Assembly (NCBI GenBank): GCA_951406725.2
Contig: OX597817.1
Span: 156,736,001-156,800,000 of the forward strand
Origin: Octopus vulgaris
Lineage: Eukaryota
Direction of reading: 5' to 3'
DNA length: 64,000 nucleotides
The position numbers and the translations under genes were made by a program. The notes beneath the pieces were generated by a model. The model was not told the origin of the DNA, searched no databases, and saw only the letters and a list, made by a program, of their open reading frames with translations. This document shows, one piece after another, positions 38,387 to 50,500 of the stretch (its first letter is position 1; each line of letters begins with the position of its first letter).

Positions 38387-38865
38387 TATTACTCCTCTTC
38401 CAATTCCTCCTCCTCCTCTTCCTCAACCTATCATGCTGCTGTGACTCGGCCTGACTCCAGCTCCACCAGTCAAACTGCTGCTACCTCCGATCCTCTGCTA
38501 TACCATCACAGTATGTCGGACACTACTACTACTACTACTGTCCATAAATCCAGTAGAGGTATATCTAACTGTTAGACGTACAGCCAGTGTACAGTCACGC
38601 TGCATGATCTCTAGCCTAACAAGTTGCATGTCAGCCTGCTAATTTGTTGTCTTCTACATGCTATTGTTGTTGTTGTTGTTGTTGTAGTAGTTGGTGTTGT
38701 AATGTAGTCAATTAATTCAGTATGCTATGTTTTTGTTGCAGGATCAGCCTATTTTCCTTTCACACACACACACACACACACATACACAAACACACATGCA
38801 CATTCAAGTGTCTGTAATCATGTATGTATGTGTGTGTGTGCAATGTGTTTACATTATATATCTAT

Positions 38866-38897
<32 letters not shown>

Positions 38898-40936
38898 GTG
38901 TGCTTCATTTTGTAAAACAATAATAGGCATTTTAACATAAATCTTACCTCAACAAACCCACATACTTGATTATCTATATACACACACACACATATATATA
39001 TATATGTACCTACATACAGTCACATACAGATGGGTTTTTTTATATATGTATGTATGTGTATTCATGTGTTGTGTTTAAGTTTCTGTATGTGTATCTGTGT
39101 ATATATTTCCATAGGCATTACTATTAATAGTAATGTTGGCATTATGATTTTTCATCATGATTATATGGTTGATGTTGTCGTCGTCGTTGTTGTTGTTGTT
39201 TGAGGACACCAGTGATGTGGTAGCAGCTTCTCTGGGAACCAAGGTCACTGGGTGGTCTCAGTTCTCACTCAGAATTGTTTTCTTAAATATCACCAAATCT
39301 CTGGTGGGGAAACCATGAATGTCAAAAATTTCTGTTTTCCTTATTCTATAAAAACTGAACTCCATGCCAACATAAAAAAATTATTATTATCATAAAATAA
39401 TTTACAACCAAGTACTGGGATCGATATTATCAACAAATGCTTCTCTCTCTCAGGGGATGAACTGGCAGACTTGTTAGAGTATCAGTAAATACAGTATGTA
39501 GATACAGCCCTGTACCTTCTTAGTTCAGATTCCACCAAAGTTGGTTTTGCCTATTTTTCCAACGACCAGTAAGAATAAGTACCAGTCAAGTACTGGAGTT
39601 AATATAGTTGACTGTTCTTCTACACCCATTACGACATTTTATGTCTGTATAATAAATCATGATTATTATTATTATTATTTTTATTATGAGAATAAGTATT
39701 GTTATTTTATGTTTTGCATTCAAATTCCACAGAGGTCGGCTTTGCCTTTCATCCTTTCGGGGTTGATAAAATAAGGACCAGTTGGGGTCAATGCAATTGG
39801 CTTAACCCCTCCTTGAAAATGCTAGTTTTGTGCCAAAATTTGAAATCATTATTATTATTATTATTTTCATATACACACAACAGATTAGACGGTTGGAAAA
39901 GAAAAAAAAATCATGATGTTGAGCTACAAGTAACCTTAGATACCAAGAACCCTCCTAATTATCCTAGCTATCCCTAATAACAGTTTTATGGAGCTGTACT
40001 AAACTGGGTTTTATGCCTATTTCCCATTATTATTATTATTACTATTAAGGTGGCAAGCTGGCAGAATGCTTTTCGGCTGTCCTTACGTTCTGAGTTCAAA
40101 TCCTGTCAAGGTCAACTTTGCCTCTCATCCTTTTGGGATTGTTAAAATAAGTACCAGCCAAGCACTAGTGTCAGTGTAATCAACTAACCCCCTCCTCCAC
40201 CCCACAAATTTCAAGCCTTGTGTCTATTGTAGGAAGGATTATTCTTATTATTATTGTGGTGAGCTGGCTAAATCATTAGCATGCCAGACAAAATGCTTCA
40301 TGCCATTTCTTCCAGCTCTCTATGATGTTCTGGGTTCAAATGGCACCACCAACTTTGCCTCTCATTCTTTCAGAGTTGATAAAATAAGAGCCGGTTGAGT
40401 ACCAGAGTCAATTTAATTGACTCACCTCTTCCCACTAAAATTGCTGGGCCTGTACCAAAATTTGAAACATATTACTATTATTACTACTTGGTTTTTTTAT
40501 TAACCTGAATTGCTGTTCTCTTTTTGGGGCATAATTGTTTTATTTCCCTTCTATACAGGGTAACCTTCCTTTCACTGTTTGTGTGTCTGTCCTTAAGTGT
40601 CCTTAATCTGCTGTCCATGTAGTAACTTGTGAAATCATAATAATGATTATTATTTGTTGTTGTTATGACCAATACCATCACAGGAGTAGTAAGCTCCGAG
40701 TGTGTTGAATCCAGGAAATGCTCTTGAGAAAACATTAAAAACTATACTTGGTCTTCTAAATTTACAGTTCTTTGTCCATGAAACCTGAACATTGGTGCAG
40801 TGGTAAAATCTTGACAAACCAATTCACAGACCTGGTTTCATTTCCCAGTAGGAGCTGCTTCACTTCTGTCACCTTCGCCCTTCCTTCCCTCATGTTTGTG
40901 TATGCATGTATGTGTGTGGGTGTGCGTGTATGTATG

Positions 40937-40974
<38 letters not shown>

Positions 40975-41007
40975 TATGCACACATATATATATGGGTGGG
41001 GTGTATA

Positions 41008-41038
<31 letters not shown>

Positions 41039-41344
41039 AGAAATTATTTTATTTTTTTCAGGTCCCTTTCCTTGTATTTAAACATAGTCTTCACAAATAT
41101 TTGTTCCACATTGTGCATGATATATTCTAATTTATGCAACATCTTCACTGCACACTCTTTCTGTTGCAACTTATTGTGTTGTATTTGTATTTGCATTTTA
41201 TCATTATTATTATTATTATTATTATTATTTTCAATATTTTTATTTAATGTTCTTGATTTTCTGTTTTGTTTTAGATTCCACATTGGCAATTCTAAATTAT
41301 TATTATTTTTATTTGTTCTCTCTCCCTCCTTCCCTTTCTCAGCA

Positions 41345-41402
<58 letters not shown>

Positions 41403-41489
41403 CATATATACATACATACACACACACACATACATGTATATATATAATTATGTATGTATAACTACACAATATACTTTGTGTGTGTGCGC

Positions 41490-41539
<50 letters not shown>

Positions 41540-42290
41540 TGGGTTTTCTTTATTTTTACTATTCTGTTCATAAAAACTTATAATCCTTCTTTATTTCATT
41601 TTTAATTCCTTGTTTTTATCAGTATTTTAAATTCGGTTCATCGTTAACTACAATTTGATAATGATAGTAATAAGAAGGGTAAGAATAATTAACACGAACA
41701 GCATTAAATTTTGCCTTATCTTACAGACCTACGGGGTGAGTTACAGTAGATTTAATTTCATTTTTGTTCATTTTTATTTCATCTTCATGTTCGTTTTGAC
41801 TATACTTGTCCCATCAACTCATCCTCATTTCTCATTTCGGAAACACCATGGCAACAAAATATTTCCCCCCCTGTTATTTTTATGTTTCAGCATCTGAATT
41901 GTTTTTAATATACACTCATATATATGTATATATATGTATGTATATATATATATATATAATTTTCTGCTTTTTTATTTACTATTGTTGTTTTGTATTTGTA
42001 CCAACAGTATGCCTGTTTATATAGTCATATAGATTTTAAATGTTGTTGCGTATGCCTTCATAAATAAATACGTTATGCATGAAAAATATTGTGTGTGTGT
42101 GTCACTTTATTGACTAGACTTTCAGATGTTATGCATCACTGGTCACAATGCACTTCTTTGCATTGTTGTAATTATCGAATGATGCCACCTTAATGGCTAA
42201 GCAGCCAGGCCTTGTGTGTGTGCTCACATTTGTATACATGTTTGTGTGTGTGTGTATATATATATATTTATATGCTTACCTATGTATACA

Positions 42291-42350
<60 letters not shown>

Positions 42351-42378
42351 ATTATATGCTTACCTATGTATACATGTT

Positions 42379-42418
<40 letters not shown>

Positions 42419-44469
42419 TATGCTTACCTATGTATACATGTTTGTGTGTGTGTATAACTGAGCTTATTTAAAATTTTTAAATATATTTTGCTTATTGCAT
42501 TTTACTAGTTTTCAGACATTAAACGATAAAAATAATAATTTTCTTTTTTAGCTTCAGAAAATACCATCTAAAGCTGGACTGAATAAAGCTTAAAATATAT
42601 ATATATATATATAAAAATGGGGGAATGAGATAGCTAATTCATTAATATTTAAATAGGAGATATGATGATATGTATATTAATATTTAAATAGTGGAAACCA
42701 TATTACAATTGATTTCTTTACTGCTATTGACTTCACTGTTATATATGATTTATATATGTATATACACGTGAAATGTACATGTATATATAATATGAGTGTA
42801 TAAAATTTATACACAGAGAGAAGACCACTATGAGGTCTTCTTACATACTAAAAAGGGCAGTCAAATTCCCAAACCACAAAAGAACATTCTAAATAAGAAT
42901 GTTTCGTATGCATGCTAGCCAATAGCACAAATTATTATTTTTAATAATTTTTACCCTTTATAGTTGTATTTATATATATTTATATACATATACATACACA
43001 AGTATGAGGCACAAGCTCAGTGACTTTTGGTGGACTTAGCCGTTTGATAAATAGTAATCTGTACAGTATCAATGTACTGGAGAGTGAATTATTCAACTAA
43101 AACCCCCAAAGTCCATTTGCAAGATAAACTTTGTTCTGAGGCTGAACCAACATATTTGAACTTCTGATAAGCTAATCCTGTATCTCTCAGCCATCTTGCC
43201 TTCGTCTGTCTCTACATAAGTATGGCCATGTGGTTAAGAGGTTCATATCACAACTACGAGGTTCCAGGCTCAGTCCTATTGTGCAACATGTGGAGACAGT
43301 ATCTTCTGCTGCATTCTTCTAGTTGACCAATACTTTACAAATAGAATTTCGGTAAACAAAAATTGTATATATGCATGTTTATGTGTGTGTGTGTGTACCA
43401 AAGTATTATATCCCTTTATAAAAAGCTAACTTAACTGTTCAACAAATAGAGATCAATAAAATAAATGCCGGACTGATATCAGTACACTGGGAATCGATGT
43501 GATCAACTAAAACTCTTGACAGTGGTACTCCAGCATGGCAGCAGTCCAGTGACTGAAACCAGCAATAGAATAAACGAATGTATTTTGTGTGTGTATGTGT
43601 ATGTATGTATAATACATATGTGCGGGCTTGTGTGTGTGTTTGTGTGTACTTATATGTAATCAACTATTGCACTTTGCTTATTGACCAATGGTCATGAGGT
43701 GACGATGGAAGGGAGTTCAGAAATTTGTGGTAGACCAGTCTGTACTTGAACCAGGAACTGTTTTGTCTTTCAGAACACACAGATTTGCCACAACAGATGT
43801 CCACTGAAGAATCACAGAGCAAGACAGAAGGTGATTTGAACTAGTCAACTTAATTTTATTAACATTTGTTGGATTTTTTTCTTAGTTTTATTTTAGTTTG
43901 TTCTTCAGGGAGGGGTTTCTATTTTCATTCAGTTTTTTTGTTTTGTTTTTTGGTTTTGTTTTGTTTTGTTTTTTTACCATATCAGTTCCATACATATATA
44001 CACTTTGAAACATATACACACACAAACACACGCACTTCAAAATTGTATGTGTCTCGTGCTTGAGAAGAAGACCCATCAAGCTGAGGCAAATCGCATTCAC
44101 GGCAGATGCTGGTGTCACACAAATGGCACCTGTGCCGGTGGCACATAATAGCACCCGTTAGACTCTCAGAGTGGTTGGCATTAAGAAGGAATTCCAGCCA
44201 TAGAAAACCATGCCAAATCAGACTGGACTCTGGTGCAGCCTTCCAGCTTACCAGCTCTGGTCAAACTGTCCAACCCATGCCGGCATGGACAACGGACGTT
44301 AAATGATGATGACCTTTGAAATGTTAATTGAAATATACAATCGGCAAAACACACACATACACACATGTATATGATGAATATACATATACACATGCATGCA
44401 GACATACTTTCATTTATATACAACGTAAATACCCTTCATCATTTCAACGAAATATAAAAAGCATCAACT

Positions 44470-44500
<31 letters not shown>

Positions 44501-47500
44501 AAGTGTGGTGAGCTGGCAGAAACGTTAGCACGCCGGGCGAAATGCGTGGCCGTATTTCGTCTGCCGTTACGTTCTGGGTTCAAATTCCGCCGAGGTCGAC
44601 TTTGCCGTTCATCCTTTCAGGGTCGATAAATTAAGTACCAGTTACACACTGGGGTCAATGTGATCGACTTAATCCGTTTGTCTGTCCTTGTTTGTCCCCT
44701 TTGTGTTTAGCCCCTTGTGGGTAGTAAAGAAATATATATATATATATAATGTATACCAACATAATTCCAGAACCTTACAGTTTTGCGGAGTCTCTCTCCA
44801 AGTCGCCTGATGATGGTGATTATGATGTCAGCGCTACTAGTTATGATGATGGTGCTGGTATAGACTATGGTGGCGATGGTGCTACTTATGATGGTGGTGA
44901 TGCTACTTATGATGATGGTGGTGATGCTACTTATGGTGGTGGTGATACTACTTATGATGGTGGTGATGCTACTTATGATGGTGGTGATGCTACTTATGAT
45001 GGTGGTGATGCTACTTATGATGGTGGTGATGCTACTTATGATGGTGGTGATGCTACTTATGATGGTGGTGATGCTACTGATGATGTTGGTGATGCTACTG
45101 ATGATGTTGGCAATGCTACTTACTACAGTGGCGATGCTAACTATGACGTTAGCAGTGCTACATGTGATAGTGGTTTAGCCAATTATGATATCGGTTATGC
45201 TACTTATGATGGCAGTGATGCTACTTATGATGGTGGTTATGCTAATGATGAGGATGGAGCTGTTGAATACTACGATACCACCCAAGACTTTGATGGTATT
45301 CCTCAGTCAGAGGCTGGTGTTGATGAAAATCAGAAAGGTTTGCTAAGTTGCTACAATCCATATTTTTGCCAGGCATCAATCCACTTTTGCTGCTGGCTTG
45401 CCTGTAAAGTTGAATTTGGACAATCTAGAAGATACAATTGCCATTGGGAACCTAGTTATCAGATTTGGATAGATTTTTCTGGGGGGTTTTTTTCTTTCAA
45501 GAGATTCAGTGGTTCTGAGGTTAACCCTTTAGCATTTAAACCAGCCATATCCGGCCAAAAGTATTCTACCTGTTTTATGTTCAAACTGACCAGATCTGGT
45601 CTCTCACACCAACCCTACAATATCGTTTTAAAAATTAACAATTACCTCATCAGACTCTCAAAGTTACAAGATAATGCATGATGAATTCAAAACAAGGTGA
45701 ATAAAAAAGCATTAATTTTGGTAAAATAATGTGAATACTAAAGGGTTAAAGTATTTTTAACTAGTGGATGTAATGGTCAATAGTTCAAAACTTACTTTCT
45801 GCAATCATTGTTTTGTGCCCATGGTGGGTAAAAGCTAATTTAATTTGTTCCAATGTGAACAAGAGGGGAAAGAGAAAACGAAAGAAACCTCAGACTACAA
45901 GACAGATGAGTCGTTCATGGTAGAAAAGAATAGCTGGAACTCAGTTGTGAAAACAGTTGTTAACCCTATCCATGGAAGCCGGGTGGAATGAACACGAAAT
46001 AATATTTAAAATGTTGTTATCGATACATAAAGAGGGAAAGGGCTTTAAGTACCATGCTTTATTGAATGCTTAGCTTAGCTCAAACGTGTTTTTATTTAGC
46101 TTTGCTAATCATGTATAATGTTCCTTTTGTGATAAAGCTGTAGACACACTCACATGCAAACATATACACAAAACATACATATGCAAACATATACACAATA
46201 TATACATATGTAAACATATACACAATATATAGACACTGTGTGCACTTACCATGCAGAAGCTCTTACTCCTGCAGCCAGAGTATATCATAGATTTCGTCTA
46301 TAAACTTTTCAAAAAATATAGTCAATGAAATTCTTATTTGACTGAGTGATACTTATTTTTACCTCCTGATCATCATCCCCACCAAAAAAAAAAAAAAATT
46401 CAGTCAAGCTAAATACAGCAACTGGGCCAAATTCTAAAAGACATAGACTACAATCTTACTAGCTTCAGGCCTGCAAAGGCCATAAATATACTACCTCCTC
46501 CTGACTAAAATATTTAAAAATCATATAACTTCATAATATAACAATGTTATATCACATAATGATGTTGTAAAGGCTATAAACATGAAGTTCATATTGTATA
46601 TTATCAAGGCCAATTTGCTGAGCTGTATATACTGTTTCTGATTTTGTAATACACCAATGTTCTAATTTTAATTCCTAGTTAGTATTTTCTTATATGCTTC
46701 TGGAGTAAGTCCCAAGCTTCTTAAATCAATTCATAAATATAAAACTCCTTTAAAATCCAGTTCTTTAGGATAATTTCCTATGCACCACAATCTTGTCTAT
46801 GTAGGGTTACATAAACACTTAGCACTGAGAAAATATAATTCTCTCAATGACTGTACAGATTATTATTTACTGAACCCTTCAGAATTTAAACCAACTCTAT
46901 CCAACCCAAATATCTTAACCTATTTTATGTTCAATGCTGCCAAATCAGGCTTCTTGCACATACCCTATTATGTCGTTTTAAAAATAAACAATCACATCAT
47001 TGAAATCTGAAAGCTATGAGATAATTAATGCATGATTAAGTCAAAACAAGGAAATAAATAAACTTTGCATTTGAATGCCTAAATGGTTAAGGAAAAAATT
47101 TTCTGATCTTTTTGTGAATCAAAAGAATCGATATAGTCAGGTGCTTATTTCTAGTTTCCAAAATGTTAGGAGACTGGTCATTCTCACCCAGAGAGGACAT
47201 TTGTTTTTCACATGTAACATTTCCTCAAAGAAACTGAACACTTTGGCCATACAAGCTAACCAATTGTACCAGAACTAAATTCTTTGCCCAAGAACAGATC
47301 CAGTGCTTGTAACATGATATGAACCTCTGATTTTTCATCTGAGATAATTTTTATCTGGTGTATTCTGGCAATTCTGTATGTATAGAGATTGTTAAAGTTG
47401 ATGAAAATGCAGGACCAAATGAGGTGATATGACTAAATGGTCAAAGTATTGGGCAACTGTTTCATAGGTCAAGAATTCTGCAAATGTTTGGTTGCATTTT

Positions 47501-50500
47501 CTTGTCCAAGCAATACATCTTATTATAGACACTATCTTGGAAGTATTCATAACCACCAACATTTAGTCTATCTTAGTGCTGGATAACCTTAGTAAGTGTT
47601 CTCTACTTAAATGTTTTTTCACTTCTATGTTTTCAGTCACACAAAAAAAATATCCATTAGAATATGTGACAAATGTGAAAACAAAACAAAACAAAAAAAG
47701 ATAACAGAATCAACCAATCAGAACAGCTGTAACATTGATAGTCTTTCCAGTTAGTTGTATAGCTTCCTTCAGTTGCTTTCACAAGTTAGACACAGATTAT
47801 TCTGCCATTGACAAATCCTACAAACTTCAATTTTATACATTTATATTTCTTTATTTTATACATACATATTTTTTTTAATGTTATTTTACTTTATTTATCT
47901 CTGTATTATAATTCTTTTTTATTATTAATGTTTTTGTTTGTAGGACTTTTGTTGTTTGTTTCAAAACAGCTTTTAGCTATGCTTGTGTTAGAAACAAAAG
48001 ATAAAAAATATATATTTAAAAACTATATCAAAATTAATGATAAAGACGATTATTTTATCCTAATCCATGCAATGTAATAAAAATTATCTTGCAAATAGCT
48101 TGCTTAAAATATTTTAATATTGTTGCTTCGTATCTATCCAATGCTATATATATATATATGTGCATATGAATGTATATATATGTATGTACAAGTTGACATA
48201 CATATATTGTTATATATTGTATGGTACTAATGTAATATTTGTTTTATACATCTTTATTATTGAGAAACGATAAACTGTTTACTTTATTTTCTGCTTTAGT
48301 CTTAACAAAAAGTGCTTTTAATATCTGGTTAGAGGTGGAGAAAAGATGTGTCATAAATATAGTGGATCTTTATTTAGCGTTTCACTCATTAGAAATGGTG
48401 TCTCCTGGTTTATTATGTGTCTGTATGCATGCAATGAGCTTCTATCTGAAGTTTCAGTCTTGGTCAATCAGTTGCCAGTCACAAAGTATTTGTCAACCTG
48501 TGGCTGTAGAACAAAGCATTGCCCAAGTTACTGTGCAATGGGAAAATTTATGTATCATATAAGGAGGGGGGCATTAGGAAGGGTATCCAGCCATAGAAAC
48601 CATGCCAAAGCTAATACAAGAGATCAGTATAGATCTGAAGCTCGTTGGATCCTGTCAAATTGTCTAATCCCTACCATCATAGAAAAAAAGGATGTTAAAT
48701 GATGTTGATATGTAAATTATACTCACTCCCACAAATGGAACCGGTATTCTGTTGCTTAACCTTTCCTAATAAAATTGGTTAACCAGTGGATTATGTTAAT
48801 CTTCAAAGACTTCAGACAAATGTTCTCTCCAAAGCAAGATGTGAGTCCAGCCTCAACAGGTGATTGAACTGCATTTTTGCATTAAGCTGCTCACTGCACT
48901 TTCCTTCATACTTAACAGGTAGTTGTCTTCAACAAAAAGATCTTGCATCTCATGTGCATGTGTGTATGTTTGTGTATACAGCTGGCCAACATGGAGTTGG
49001 TGCTAATGATTTTGCCAAACTGGACAACATACAACCACCGTTTTCAAGAGCATTCAACATGCAACTATCTTTGCTTGGAATATTCACCAGAGTAACTTAA
49101 GTACTTAAAGACACATCTGTTCTCCACCTCAAAGCACCAGCAATGAAATTTCTCAGACTAACAACCATCTCCTACCTCTGTTTCTTGCCACATCTCTTTC
49201 TCTCTCTCTAATAATCTCTGATGGCTGACACCTTATAATTATGTTCATGCTGCATTCATGTCTAATGTGCTCCATATATCATTTCTGTTTTTGTTCTTTT
49301 TTCCCCCCCAATCGTCTTTTATCTGCTTCCGTTTCTCAAGACCGACGAGATTCCGATGTGGCGCCTGATGCCGAAACTGAGGACAGTGCCCAAGCTACCA
49401 GGTAACAGCGTTGATTGACCACACTTAGATTAGTACTTTGATGGTGGAGTGGAAGTGGGGGGTGATAGGCATCGGGCAGGGTTTGTCATCTTTGATTGTT
49501 GCTGCTGTTTCTGTCTCATATTGCTATTGCAGATATGTTTTGTTGCAACTTTAATAGTCAGGCAAACTACTATTACTACTGATGCAACACGATATTATCA
49601 CTACAGCAGTATTTAGCAACACATAATACTTTACTATCACATGAGAAGTACTACTATTACACCTTGCTACTATTACAGAATTACTCAATATTACTCAATA
49701 TCATGTAAGCTATTACAAGTACTAATTTGAGATCTGTGAGACACTTTCAATTTTATTTTATTTTGGAAGAAGAGCTCTGTTGAAGTTAACTTTGAGCGTT
49801 ATAATCTCTATATATATATAAATGGCAAAATGACTGTCTGTGTGTGTGTGTGTGTCCTTTATACAAATTCACAATTTTTCAGTTAGAGGGCCCGCACTTT
49901 CTATGGTCATTCAAAACCATCCAAGGGTGGTCGTGCACATCTTTACATTTCCCAAGTCACCCTGCAAAGACATGAAAAAAATCAATAGAAGTGACTTTTT
50001 TGTGAATTTTCTATCCAAAACCCAATCAAAATGCCCGAAACTTGATACACCAGTTGAATGCCAGCTAGCTGTATGTGATTGGTCGGAGATTTGGACAGTA
50101 TTCGCATGTATGTGTGCACGCACGCAGCTGTATATGCATGCACTAGCACTATGACCCAGCAACACCGGGTCATAGTGCTAGTACAGAAATAAAATACAAA
50201 ACCTACGACTACTCTGACAAAGCAGGGTTGTGGTTCTTACAGCAATCAACATGGCAGGATCTACATAAACCTACATTTCTAAGCCATTCACTTCTAATGA
50301 AGTGCCTTTGTGTTTGAAATATATAGAGGTTACTTAACTTTCTCTTTTACCATTTTTAGAAGTCCTGTCTTCATGTTACTTATTATTTTATTGATTGGTG
50401 TGATCTAGAGGAAATGATCACACCTATGAGCTTTGCAGTCCACACCACACTAATGTCTTAGATCAACACAACATTCTTCTTGGACAATGGCTACAGACAG

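Noticed and set aside
45338-45681. 3' extension of ORF 44749-45681
   Set aside because: Lies past a good donor site and runs into a MITE; composition is intronic.
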